NCBI GenBank assembly: GCA_965261385.1
Contig: CBDHDB010000001.1
Location: 737,145 to 801,144, forward strand
Source of the DNA: Dehalococcoidia bacterium
GTDB lineage: Bacteria > Chloroflexota > Dehalococcoidia > Lucifugimonadales > Australimonadaceae
DNA: 64,000 bases
Reading direction: 5' to 3'
Position 1 is the stretch's first letter, and the number at the start of each line of letters is the position of its first letter. Made by a program: the position numbers and the translations under genes. The notes below the pieces were generated by a model. That model was not told where the DNA came from, searched no databases, and saw nothing but the letters and a program-made list of their open reading frames with translations. This document shows positions 12,031 to 21,487 of this stretch, piece after piece.

Positions 12031-12669
12031 CTAAAAGCTCTGCCGTCCTTCGAAGGCCTTGGTGAGAGTGAGGTCATCGGCGTACTCGAGGTCTCCGCCT
12101 ACCGGCAGGCCCCGGGCGAGGCGGGTGACCTTGGGGCCCAACGGCTGCGCAATCTGGCGGATGTACATTGCCGTCGCCTCGCCCTCCACGGTGGGGTTCG
12201 TCGCCACGACGATCTCTTCGATGGGCTCGTCGGCGATGCGCATGAGCATCTCGCGGATGCGCAGGTCTGCTGGGCCTATGTTGTTCATCGGGTCGATGAC
12301 GCCGTGGAGAACGTGATAGAGCCCGCGGAACACGTTGGTCCGTTCCAATGCCAGAACGTCCAACGGCTCTTGGACGACGCACAGGCGCGTCTGGTCGCGC
12401 GACGGGTCCGCGCATACCCCGCACGGGTCGGACTCGGTGATGTTCTGGCAGCGCGAGCAGAAGCCGACCCGGTCCTTCACGGAGCCGATGGCCTCGGCGA
12501 GGTCGTGCGCCTCCTGGGCCGGCATCCGGATCAGATAATAGGCGAGCCGCTGGGCCGTCTTTGGTCCGATGCCCGGCAGTTTATGCAGCTGATCGATCAG
12601 GCGCGCCACAGGCGGCGCGAGAGAAGGATGCGACGCCTCAGAGAAGCCTTGCGAGCCGTAGGAGGTCAA
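12031..12669 (-). CDS. recR: Recombination protein RecR
   Basis: HhH LPGIGPKTAQRLAYYL, Cys4 finger CSRCQNITESDPCGVC, and Toprim. The start is set at TTG 12669, just downstream of the ybaB stop; the ORF-track start at 12759 would overlap ybaB. Confidence 0.9.
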   Translation of the reverse strand: MTSYGSQGFSEASHPSLAPPVARLIDQLHKLPGIGPKTAQRLAYYLIRMPAQEAHDLAEAIGSVKDRVGFCSRCQNITESDPCGVCADPSRDQTRLCVVQEPLDVLALERTNVFRGLYHVLHGVIDPMNNIGPADLRIREMLMRIADEPIEEIVVATNPTVEGEATAMYIRQIAQPLGPKVTRLARGLPVGGDLEYADDLTLTKAFEGRQSF

Positions 12670-12676
12670 TGGCGCG

Positions 12677-12979
12677 CTACATGCCCGGGAGCTTGAGTCC
12701 GCCGGTGATCGCGCCGAGCCTTTGCGCCGCGAGTTCCTGGGACTTGGCGAGCGCCTCATTCACTGCGGCGAGCACCATGTCCTGCAGGATATCGACGTCC
12801 TCCGGGTCAACAGCGTCGGGGTCTATGGTGATGGACTCGATGGTCTGCTTGCCGGTCGCGACAACCTTCACGGCCCCGCCTCCCGCAGACGCTTCGACCA
12901 CCTCCGACTCGAGCTCTTCCTGGGCTTTGGCCAGCCGCGCCTGGAGCTGTTGCGCTTGCTTGAGCATGTTCCTATTCAT
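12677..12979 (-). CDS. ybaB: Nucleoid-associated protein YbaB/EbfC
   Basis: 100 aa with MLKQAQQLQARLAKAQEEL...GGGAVKVVATG, in the conserved dnaX-ybaB-recR order. Confidence 0.9.
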   Translation of the reverse strand: MNRNMLKQAQQLQARLAKAQEELESEVVEASAGGGAVKVVATGKQTIESITIDPDAVDPEDVDILQDMVLAAVNEALAKSQELAAQRLGAITGGLKLPGM

Positions 12980-12984
12980 GGTTC

Positions 12985-14967
12985 CTATTCCTCTCGCGGT
13001 AACCCGGACGTCGCTCCGAACGCAACGAATGTCGGCGTCTCGCCGGCAGCGGTCGGCTGGACGGGCGACGTGGTGGGTCCCGGCGATTGTTGGGCTATGG
13101 CCCGCCTGTCATCCGCCTCGACAGGGGCAAGCACGTCCTCGGCGGGCGTCTGCCTGAGGGGCGGCCCGATGGACGCGGACGTATCCTCCGCAGGCGCTTG
13201 CCGGATGGGTGGTTCTGCGGGTTCGGGCGTGTCTTCCGGGGGAGCTTGCTGGATGGGCGGACCTGCGGATTCGGGAGGGTCCTCCGTGGGAGCTTGCCTA
13301 GTGGGCGGCGGCGCGTCCTCGCTCTTGGAGACCACCTGACCGCCGAGGTTTACCGCCGCTTGGACGAGATGCCCGGCGGGGTTTTGCCCCTTCTGCCCCG
13401 ACGCGCTTCCCCCATCGGCACTGCTCTCAACCCTGATGGTGAAGTGATCCCCAAGCGCTTGCTGTAGGACCTTCTCGACCTCGATTCGGCACGGGGGGTC
13501 GTCCAGTTCGGACTGCAAACGTTCACTGTTGGACTGATGCGAGAACGTGACAACCACGGTGTTCCCGTCTATCGACCGGCTCGCCGAGCTCCGCAATAAC
13601 GCGGCCACGTCGAACTTCCGCCGGGGTACGTGGCTCAGAGCCTTGAGAATCGCCGGCCACTGGGCCGCGAGTCTCCGATCGACCGGCGCAGTGGGGTCGA
13701 AAGCGGGAATCGGGGCCGGGTCGCTCGGCGCGTTGGTCGGCGGGGCCTGTCGCTGCGGGGGTTGCTGGGGCCGAGGCTGGCTGGGCGCTCCTTGCGGACG
13801 GAACGGAGGCGGGCCAGGGGCGGGCCGACCTTGGGGCACGGCGGCGGGCGCCGGGGCCTGGTTCGCCGGGGCGGGCGCGGCCTGCTCAGGCTCCAGCGCC
13901 AACTCAACTGTGGCCAGCTCCAGGGGCAACGGCGACGGCTGATCGAACCGGAGGGAGACCTGGCCGAACAGTCGGAGCGCACGCATGATGTGCTCGATGG
14001 ACACGCTGGCCGCCGCGAACGAAAGTTGCGCCTGCGCCTCCTTTGACAGTTCGAGCGAGTCGGACACGCCGCTCTTCATCAGCAGGGCGGCGCGCAGGAA
14101 GTCGACCGTCATCCGGTGGAGCGGCCGCAGGTCCAGTCCTTCGCTTGCAACGGAGTTGATGACTTCGAGGGCCTGGGTGGCCTCGCCGGTGAGCAGGTGC
14201 TTCACCAGGGCCAATGCTCGGTCCTCGCCGCCCGCGCCCAATAGCTCGCGCACCTGCTCGACGCTCAGGCTCGTCCCGAAGGAGGTGATGAGCTGGTCGA
14301 GAAGATTCGTGGCGTCGCGCAGGCTTCCGCCTGCCGTACGGGCCACGAGGCGGAGCACCTCAGGCGAAGCGTCGACTCCCTCCTCCTGGGCGATGGCCGC
14401 AAGCCGCTCGACGATGTCCGCCATAGCGATGCGGTGGAAGTCGAAGCGCTGGCATCGGGAGATGATGGTCGCCGGTAGGCGGTGCGGCTCCGTCGTGGCC
14501 AGGATGAAGACCGTATTCGGCGGGGGCTCTTCCAGCGTTTTCAGAAAGGCGTTGAAGGCGTCGTTGGTCAGCGCGTGGGCCTCGTCGATGATGTAGACCT
14601 TGTTTCTGCCGAGCGTCGGTGCGAACCGGACCTTCTCGCGTAGGTCGCGCATCTCGTCGATTCCGCGATTGCTGGCGGCGTCGATCTCAATGAGGTCGAC
14701 AAAGCTGCCGTTCTCTATGGCGCGGCAGTTGTTGCAAGCACCGCAGGGGTCGCCGACGCCGGGAGGGCGCATCGTGCAGTTCAAGGACTTGGCGAGGACG
14801 CGCGCCGTGCTCGTCTTCCCCGTTCCACGAGGCCCGCACAGCAGATAGGCGTGCGACGCACGGTCGTTCGCGATGGCCTGGGTCAGCGTCTGGGTGATGG
14901 GGCCTTGCCCCACGATGTCAGCGAATCGCGGGGGGCGCCATTTGCGGTAGAGCACCTCGCCGCTCAC
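12985..14967 (-). CDS. dnaX: DNA polymerase III subunit gamma/tau
   Basis: Walker A GPRGTGKTSTARVLA, zinc module CGACNNC, DEAH-like IIDEAH and SRC motif. The C-terminal tau region is Pro-rich with tandem repeats. Confidence 0.95.
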   Translation of the reverse strand: MSGEVLYRKWRPPRFADIVGQGPITQTLTQAIANDRASHAYLLCGPRGTGKTSTARVLAKSLNCTMRPPGVGDPCGACNNCRAIENGSFVDLIEIDAASNRGIDEMRDLREKVRFAPTLGRNKVYIIDEAHALTNDAFNAFLKTLEEPPPNTVFILATTEPHRLPATIISRCQRFDFHRIAMADIVERLAAIAQEEGVDASPEVLRLVARTAGGSLRDATNLLDQLITSFGTSLSVEQVRELLGAGGEDRALALVKHLLTGEATQALEVINSVASEGLDLRPLHRMTVDFLRAALLMKSGVSDSLELSKEAQAQLSFAAASVSIEHIMRALRLFGQVSLRFDQPSPLPLELATVELALEPEQAAPAPANQAPAPAAVPQGRPAPGPPPFRPQGAPSQPRPQQPPQRQAPPTNAPSDPAPIPAFDPTAPVDRRLAAQWPAILKALSHVPRRKFDVAALLRSSASRSIDGNTVVVTFSHQSNSERLQSELDDPPCRIEVEKVLQQALGDHFTIRVESSADGGSASGQKGQNPAGHLVQAAVNLGGQVVSKSEDAPPPTRQAPTEDPPESAGPPIQQAPPEDTPEPAEPPIRQAPAEDTSASIGPPLRQTPAEDVLAPVEADDRRAIAQQSPGPTTSPVQPTAAGETPTFVAFGATSGLPREE

Positions 14968-15521
14968 GACGCCGCTCCGCCAGGCGCGCGGACGCCTTCT
15001 CCCTGTCCCGTGGGGAGAAGGGAAAGCGTGCCCAGAGCCCTGTTCTCGATTGCCTTCATCGCTGCTTCTTCGTCCGGCGCCGCGTGGTCGTAGCCAAGCA
15101 GGTGGAGGACGCCATGCACGATGAGCAGAGCGACCTCTTCCTCCACCGTCACATTGTGCTCGTCCGCTTGCCGAGCAGCCAAGGGGTAGGACAGCACAAC
15201 CTCCCCTAGGCTGGGGGTCTCGCCGGGCATATCGGGGAACGCCGGGTTGGAATCTACGTCCGGCGCATCCTGGTCGAGGACCTCGCCGTGCTGGCCGAAG
15301 GAGAGGACGTCCGTCACTTCGTCGAGTCCACGGAAGCGCCGGTTGAGATCGTGCAGCGTCTCGTCGTCAGCCACCACGATGCTCGCGGAGGTGCCGCCGT
15401 CGGGGTCGGCAACGGCGAGCGCCGCTGCCGCTGTCCGCCGCACCCAGACCGCCTTCACTGAGCCCCGGAAAGCCGGAAACACTTGGACGTCGATTTGCCG
15501 TTTGTTTGGTCTTGGCGCCAT
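14964..15521 (-). CDS. ybeY: rRNA maturation endoribonuclease YbeY
   Basis: Zinc motif HGVLHLLGYDH. The stop overlaps the dnaX start. Confidence 0.9.
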   Translation of the reverse strand: MAPRPNKRQIDVQVFPAFRGSVKAVWVRRTAAAALAVADPDGGTSASIVVADDETLHDLNRRFRGLDEVTDVLSFGQHGEVLDQDAPDVDSNPAFPDMPGETPSLGEVVLSYPLAARQADEHNVTVEEEVALLIVHGVLHLLGYDHAAPDEEAAMKAIENRALGTLSLLPTGQGEGVRAPGGAAS

Positions 15522-15640
15522 GAGCTCGAGCTGCGCGGGGATGGTAGCACAGCAAAACGCCTCTCCCGGCGAGAGACGGCATGGGGGAGAGGCGGCATGC
15601 GACTGGCGACCCCAGGGCAGGCTTCTCTATAGTCGCCGGG

Positions 15641-16123
15641 TTAGCCCGAATTGCCTCCGCTCCCTCGGTCCATCATCTGCTGTAGCTGCGGGGAGGCGAC
15701 TACGTTGTAATGGACGCGGCGGGACTCCTCGTCGTCGATCGAGCCGATGACGACGTTGGCGCCGAGCTTCTTCATCTCGATGTCCGCCTGCAGCGCCATC
15801 TGGACCCGCTGGGCCTGGCCCGCCTTCGCTCCCGGAGGGCGGCCAACCTCGAAGTGGCCCTCAACCTTCGCCTGCCGATTGCCGTCCTCATCCACGAAGT
15901 CCAGCGTGAGCCGGTGGCGCTCGTTGGTCTTCCCCCAGGGGACGTTTACGGAGACGGCGAGGGCGATGCGCCTGCGGACCGGCAGGGGCGAGGAGACATT
16001 GATGCGGTCGAACCCTCCGCCGAGCAGGTAGAGCTTGCCGCCGTTCACCTCGGCGGCGTCGGCGAGAATCAGCCATTCAATCGCCATCGCCTCTTCAGCG
16101 AAGGGGTTGGGAATGTTGGTCAT
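15641..16123 (-). CDS. Hypothetical protein
   Basis: 160-aa ORF with coding-like composition and a plausible start. No motif recognised. Confidence 0.4.
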   Translation of the reverse strand: MTNIPNPFAEEAMAIEWLILADAAEVNGGKLYLLGGGFDRINVSSPLPVRRRIALAVSVNVPWGKTNERHRLTLDFVDEDGNRQAKVEGHFEVGRPPGAKAGQAQRVQMALQADIEMKKLGANVVIGSIDDEESRRVHYNVVASPQLQQMMDRGSGGNSG

Positions 16124-16280
16124 CGCAGGGGCTCCTTGGTGGGCTGAGGTGGGAACGAGGAGGAAGGCGTGCTCCGCCTACGCCATTCAAGATACACGGC
16201 CTTTGCCGACGGGAGTCGGAGTCATTGGCCCGGAATGAGGCGTGTCAGCTTGCTTTGCCTCGGAAGGAGGCGGCGACTCT

Positions 16281-17090
16281 CTAGGGGGCGTCGAGGTCGT
16301 CCGGAAGGCCGTAGCCGCTTACCTGCAGCAGCTTGACGTAGTGGTTCCAGGCGAAGTTCTCGGCTCCGGAGACGCGCTCCCGCCAGCCGCCGGCCTGCCG
16401 TGGGGCTCCAGGACCATAGCGGCCCATGTCCTGGTCGGAGAGCAGTATCGGCTCGCGGCCCGACAGGGCAATCTCCCACATGATGCGCGATAGCCGGTCG
16501 AACCGGATGGCCAGGGAAGTGGCCTGCTCCACAGTGGGCGCGTGGACGCTGATGCCGTGGCCCCGCATCAGCACCACATCCCGGTCGCCCATGTGGGCCA
16601 GCATGTCGGCGGCCTGCTGCTTGTCGGTCACCGTGGCGGCCCGCGGATAGACCGGCACGCCCTTCGTGACGATGCTGAGCGAGGAAGGGTCGTATCCACC
16701 GAACACCGGCTTGTACTCAATCTCCGTTACGCCGCAGAGGAGGGCATACCACGGGTGCGCATGCACGACGGCGCCGGCCTGGGGCTTGGCGCGGTAGATT
16801 TCGCCGTGGATGGGGGTCTCGCTGGGAGAGCCGTGCTCGTCGTCGATGTGCGGTCCCTCGCCGTCGAAGTCGGTGCGGCGGATGTTATGCACGCCGGTGA
16901 AGGCGATGCCTTCTTCCTTGCCGCCACGGCACCGGATGAACATCTCGTCCGTGCCCGGTATCCGCGCGCTGACGTGTCCGGTGGACTCGTTCACGAGTCC
17001 CAGCATTCCGAGGATGCGGCACGAGACCGCCACCTTCCAACGCAGCTCGTCGTGGGCGCTAGTCATAACTGCTTCCTCCCTTATGCTCAC
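16281..17090 (-). CDS. Class II aldolase/adducin-domain protein
   Basis: The GHVSARIPG...IHGEIYRAKP...VVHAHPWY pattern is typical of the class II aldolase family. Confidence 0.8.
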   Translation of the reverse strand: MSIREEAVMTSAHDELRWKVAVSCRILGMLGLVNESTGHVSARIPGTDEMFIRCRGGKEEGIAFTGVHNIRRTDFDGEGPHIDDEHGSPSETPIHGEIYRAKPQAGAVVHAHPWYALLCGVTEIEYKPVFGGYDPSSLSIVTKGVPVYPRAATVTDKQQAADMLAHMGDRDVVLMRGHGISVHAPTVEQATSLAIRFDRLSRIMWEIALSGREPILLSDQDMGRYGPGAPRQAGGWRERVSGAENFAWNHYVKLLQVSGYGLPDDLDAP

Positions 17091-17151
17091 CGTGCGGGGC
17101 GACCAAGCGGCATCGATGTGGGTCGTCTCTAGAGCTGAGCGCGCCGCCGGC

Positions 17152-17361
17152 CTACGTCGGGCCGACGAACCTGCCGCCGTCGAACGTCGCTATATCGTCG
17201 GCGGCGATCGACCCCTCGGAGCCTACTATCGCGTCGCTGCCCAGGACTTCGACGTATCTGACCGTGGCGGCGAGACCGCCGTCCTCGACGCCCAGCAGCT
17301 CGACGATGTCGCCATAGGATGTTACGAGTCGCGTTCCCTTTTCCAAGCCGTCGATTTTCAT
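17152..17361 (-). CDS. Small hypothetical protein between aldolase and oxygenase genes
   Basis: 69-aa ORF on the same strand, filling the gap in an apparent operon. Confidence 0.35.
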   Translation of the reverse strand: MKIDGLEKGTRLVTSYGDIVELLGVEDGGLAATVRYVEVLGSDAIVGSEGSIAADDIATFDGGRFVGPT

Positions 17362-17382
17362 CGCTTCCTCAGGAGGCTCGGC

Positions 17383-18786
17383 CTAGCCGGGCGAGATTTC
17401 GGTCACAGGAGTCACGCCGGGCTCGTACTCCGGCGGCAGCGTGAAGCCCTTGCGGGCGGCGCGTTCCAGGAAGACAGAGTTGAACTTGCCTGCCTGCCCG
17501 CTGGAGAGCGCCTCCACGCGTTGCCCGTAGCCGTAGACGTCATCGGTGGAGACCGCCTGGTTCGCGCCCTCGTCCTGACCGTCGAACGGAAGCATGACCA
17601 TCTCGTTAGCCACGGGATCACGGAAGGTGTTCATCGGCTCTCCGCCGTCTTCGACCAGCTTCATCTGTTCGAGGAGCATGCGCCGGTACATGATGACGCC
17701 AACGTCGGACTGCCCCAGCTTTTCTAGATAGCGGCGGGTGAGCGGTCCCTGGGAGACCCAAGCGAAGTTGTCCTGACCGCTGTTGTTGTCGAGTTGCCCC
17801 CAGATGGGCAGGCCGTCGGCGTCCACTTGAGGAAGGGGCACGCGGTAGTAGGGAATCTCGTCGCCTGCCTGGTCCACCGGTTCGCCCTCGTCAGGGAAGT
17901 GCGCGCCGTACCAGACGTAGTAGGTGTTGGTGTCGTCCATGGGAACGCGGATCTGGAAGTGATGCCCGCCGGAGCCGTGCTCGAGGTTCGGGAAGACCAC
18001 CGGGTGACCGATGTTCCACGACGGCGATGAGACCGGGTCCTCGCCATCAAGGAGGCGGTGCTTCAGGATGCCGTGCTCAAAGGCGGTGAATCCGGCTTTC
18101 GCGTGGTGGCGGATTTTCGCGCCCTTCCGCCAGTAGGGGTCGGCGTCAGGATTGGCCTCGAACCTTTGGGTTCCCCATACGTTGCCCCTGTCGAGCAGGA
18201 TGCCGAGCCGTTCGAGCACGTAGTTCGAGAAGTAGCGGTGCAGGAACTCGCCATGCATGGGGTCCAACGAGTTCTCCATGACCTGGAGCCAGTTGCACGG
18301 CACGACCGCCCACCCGATGCTGCGGGTCATTCCCCGCTCGACGAAGGGGTAGTAGCGGGGCAGCAGCGGCCGCGGCTCCGGGCCCATGTAGGCGAAGATT
18401 AGTCCGCCCAGCTCTTCGACGGGATAGGCATTGAGCTTGACGCGGGTTGCGAAGGTCGAGTCCTCCGCCTCGGCGGGGGTCTCGATGCACTGGCCGGTCT
18501 CGTCGTAGAGCCAGCCATGGTAGGGGCACCGGAGCCCCTCGTCCTCCGGTATGCCGAACAGCAGGTTGACCCGGCGGTGGGCGCACGACGCCTCGATCAG
18601 GCCAATCGTCCCGCTTCGATTGCGGTAGAGGACGAGGTCCTCGCCGAGGAGCCGCACCGCTTTCGTGGGGTTCTTGACGAGCTCGCCGGCGGCGGCGATC
18701 GGGTGCCAGTAGCGCCGCATCAGCTCGCCCATGGGCGTTCCGGGCCCGACTCTGGTGATACGGTCGTTCTGCTCGACGGTAAGCAT
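17383..18786 (-). CDS. Rieske [2Fe-2S] aromatic-ring-hydroxylating oxygenase, alpha subunit-like
   Basis: Rieske motif CAHRRVNLLFG...CPYHGWLY. I chose the start at ATG 18786 (MLTVEQNDRI); the ORF track starts at 18831. Confidence 0.85.
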   Translation of the reverse strand: MLTVEQNDRITRVGPGTPMGELMRRYWHPIAAAGELVKNPTKAVRLLGEDLVLYRNRSGTIGLIEASCAHRRVNLLFGIPEDEGLRCPYHGWLYDETGQCIETPAEAEDSTFATRVKLNAYPVEELGGLIFAYMGPEPRPLLPRYYPFVERGMTRSIGWAVVPCNWLQVMENSLDPMHGEFLHRYFSNYVLERLGILLDRGNVWGTQRFEANPDADPYWRKGAKIRHHAKAGFTAFEHGILKHRLLDGEDPVSSPSWNIGHPVVFPNLEHGSGGHHFQIRVPMDDTNTYYVWYGAHFPDEGEPVDQAGDEIPYYRVPLPQVDADGLPIWGQLDNNSGQDNFAWVSQGPLTRRYLEKLGQSDVGVIMYRRMLLEQMKLVEDGGEPMNTFRDPVANEMVMLPFDGQDEGANQAVSTDDVYGYGQRVEALSSGQAGKFNSVFLERAARKGFTLPPEYEPGVTPVTEISPG

Positions 18787-19043
18787 GATTCCCCCAGACC
18801 GGCGCTGGTCTACCCTTGCTTTGAGGTTCACGGCGAGGAAGCGGCACGCGCCGAAGTAGCTTCGCTATTGCCAGGCGGCCACGCACGGTGAACTGCGGGC
18901 GACGATACCCCAACCGCCTAGGCGTGTCACCTGTCGAGTGGGCCCGCCACGGGGCGCGGGAGGATTCCCGTCCGGGCGATGGCGTCCGCGTGGCTCAATC
19001 CGCAAAAGCCGAACGCGGGCGTGACGGATATCCTAGCTCCGCG

Positions 19044-19072
19044 TTGACATGGCCGTGAGGCGGTGCTAGGTT
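19044..19072 (+). promoter_or_regulatory. Candidate sigma-70 promoter upstream of the ABC ATPase gene
   Basis: TTGACA (19044-19049), a 17-nt spacer, then TAGGTT (19067-19072). This would give a leader of about 235 nt. Confidence 0.3.
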
Positions 19073-19308
19073 TTCGCGCACCCTTAAGATGGCCCCATGA
19101 AGTAGGGGGCTGAGGCGCTTGGCCAGAGGGCGGGTTTCTGGATTGCTGGCCCGCGCTGTTGGAGTTGGCGTTATTCAGCGGGTTAGTCCGGAGCGGCGCC
19201 GAGTCGTCGGGCCGCCGACGGAATCAGGCCCGAACTACGTTTGGACAGACCGGCGATGAAGGGTGGAGACTGAGGCGCGCGGGCGCGCGCTCCTAGGAGG
19301 ACACCAAC

Positions 19309-20508
19309 GTGACTACTGTAGGAACACCACCAGCCGAGGCGGGGGGGACCCGTTCAGGCCCACCGCCGGCGATGAGTTTGGAGCACCTCTCTAAGACCTA
19401 TCCCGGCGGCGCGGTTCCCGCCGTGAACGACCTGAGCATTGACGTTAACGACGGTCAGATCGTGACCTTGCTGGGGCCGAGCGGCTGCGGGAAGAGTACG
19501 ACTCTCCGGATGGTCGCAGGCCTCGAGAACCCCGATATAGGCACGATCCACTTCGGGGACCGCCCTGTAGTGATCACCTCCAGCGGGCTCCGGGTGCCGC
19601 CCGAGAAGCGCGACGTTGGAATGGTGTTCCAGTCCTACGCAATCTGGCCGCACATGACGGTGGAGGAGAACGTCGCCTTTCCGCTGAAGTCGCGACACGT
19701 CAACAGGCGCGACATCAAGGAACGGGTATCGCAGGTGCTGGACCTCGTGGGCCTGCCCGGTCTGGAGAAGAGGCCTGGGCCTCTGCTCAGCGGCGGCCAG
19801 CAGCAGCGCGTCGCTCTGGCGCGGGCATTGGTCACCGAGCCGAGCGTGCTGCTGCTCGACGAGCCTTTCAGCAACCTCGACGCCAAGCTGCGGGAGCAGA
19901 TGCGCATTGAGGTCAAGCAGATGCAGCGGCGCTTGAACATAGCGGTGCTCTTCGTCACCCACGACCAGATCGAGGCGCTGAGCCTTTCGGACCAGATTGC
20001 CTTGATGGATCTTGGCGTTATCCAGCAGCAGGGCGCGCCGCGGCTGCTCTACGAGGAGCCGGCCAACGAGTTCGTCCGCGACTTCGTGGGGAAGACGGTC
20101 CTCTTCCGCGGCGAAGTGCGGTCGAGCAACCCCTCCGGCCAGCTGGCGGTGGCGATTGAAGGCGCTCCCGACTGTGTGGTGTTCGGACGAGGCTACGCCC
20201 CCGAGGGGTTCCCCGTGGGAAGCTCAGTCTTCATCGGAGTGCGCCCCGAGGACGTTGATATTGTGCCGGCTGATTCGGACACTGTGCCGGCCGGGATGAT
20301 CGGCGCCACCGTGGACACCGAGCTTTTCATCGGCGAGCGGGTCGAGTACCAGGTCGACGTGGACCAGCAGCACGCGATGTTGGTTTACGGAGAGCGTCAC
20401 CACCCGATTCAGGAGGGCAGCAGAGTGTGGCTCAGGCTGCGGCCGGAGGGCCACAGCGCTTGGAGCTCGGACTGGTCCCACAGTCACATCGAGGGCGAGG
20501 GCCCATAG
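19309..20508 (+). CDS. ABC transporter ATP-binding protein (PotA/FbpC-like with C-terminal TOBE-like domain)
   Basis: Walker A GPSGCGKST, signature LSGGQQQRV, Walker B LLLDEP. The GTG start is preceded by AGGAGG. Confidence 0.9.
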   Translation: MTTVGTPPAEAGGTRSGPPPAMSLEHLSKTYPGGAVPAVNDLSIDVNDGQIVTLLGPSGCGKSTTLRMVAGLENPDIGTIHFGDRPVVITSSGLRVPPEKRDVGMVFQSYAIWPHMTVEENVAFPLKSRHVNRRDIKERVSQVLDLVGLPGLEKRPGPLLSGGQQQRVALARALVTEPSVLLLDEPFSNLDAKLREQMRIEVKQMQRRLNIAVLFVTHDQIEALSLSDQIALMDLGVIQQQGAPRLLYEEPANEFVRDFVGKTVLFRGEVRSSNPSGQLAVAIEGAPDCVVFGRGYAPEGFPVGSSVFIGVRPEDVDIVPADSDTVPAGMIGATVDTELFIGERVEYQVDVDQQHAMLVYGERHHPIQEGSRVWLRLRPEGHSAWSSDWSHSHIEGEGP

Positions 20509-20524
20509 TAGGCAGAGGCGCCGG

Positions 20525-21151
20525 GTGAGGCTTTCCCGCGCCGCGGCCCGGCGGCTCGGGCTGACGGCGGCGCTTGCTCCGTTCTACTACGTCGTCGTGG
20601 GCGCGGTCGCCACGCTGCTTGGCCCCAAGGGGTATAGCTCGACCGCGCAGACGATGAGCGAGCTTGCCGAGCCGGGCGCGCCGCGTCCGCATTTCATCAG
20701 CGCAGCCTTCATGGGGTACGCCACGCTCGTTCAGGGGCTTGGCCCGCTGCTGCATCGTGAGGCGGGCGGAGGCTGGCGAGGCCGGACGCTCTGGGGACTG
20801 GTCGGCGTCTACGGCCTCGGCGGTTTCCTTGCGGGTGTCTTCCGCGAGGGCAGCGAGGAGGAGGTCCTTCCCGGAGTCGACGAGGACGCCGTCCACGGGG
20901 TTGCGGGCCGGTGCAGCTTCGCCGCCATCCTCACGCTGTCGGTCCTCACGCCCCTCTTCTTTCGCAAGAAGCCCGGATGGGCGGGCTGGCGACGCTTCTC
21001 CTACGCGATGTTCGCCGCGACGAGCGCCTTCGCCTTTCCCTTCCAGGCTGACGCTTGGAAGGGAAAGCGCGGTCTGCTGCAGCGCGGCTTCTTCGCGACG
21101 ACGATGGCGTGGGTCCTCGCGACCGCGCTCAAGCTCCGGAGTTCTTCCTAG
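20525..21151 (+). CDS. Membrane protein (DUF998-like)
   Basis: 208 aa with 5-6 TM helices. The family assignment is tentative. Confidence 0.45.
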   Translation: MRLSRAAARRLGLTAALAPFYYVVVGAVATLLGPKGYSSTAQTMSELAEPGAPRPHFISAAFMGYATLVQGLGPLLHREAGGGWRGRTLWGLVGVYGLGGFLAGVFREGSEEEVLPGVDEDAVHGVAGRCSFAAILTLSVLTPLFFRKKPGWAGWRRFSYAMFAATSAFAFPFQADAWKGKRGLLQRGFFATTMAWVLATALKLRSSS

Positions 21152-21487
21152 TCCATTCCCCTAGGCAGTCCCCCCCTCCCTAACTCCCCCCCGCTGACGA
21201 GACCTTTGCGCAACTTCAAACTGCTTCGTGGTGAGCTTGCCATAGGTTCGTGGTGAGCCTGTCGAACCATGGACAGCTTTGAATACGGGGGAGCGCAGAG
21301 GGGCGACGCCCCTCTGCCGGGGGCGTGGGGGTGTCCCTCACAGTATGACGGGCGGGTGGGTGGGAAGAGTTACGCTCGCCAGATAATAGGGTTACGCAAA
21401 GGTCTCGCAGACGGAAGAGGGACGAGGCAGACCTTGCCCGCAGAGGAGCCCAGGAGGGAACCCTCTGCGGGCGGAAGAAGAAGCTCC

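Noticed and set aside
12985-14967. Programmed frameshift site for a gamma subunit in dnaX
   Set aside because: I looked for an A AAA AAG-type slippery heptamer and found none in the appropriate region.
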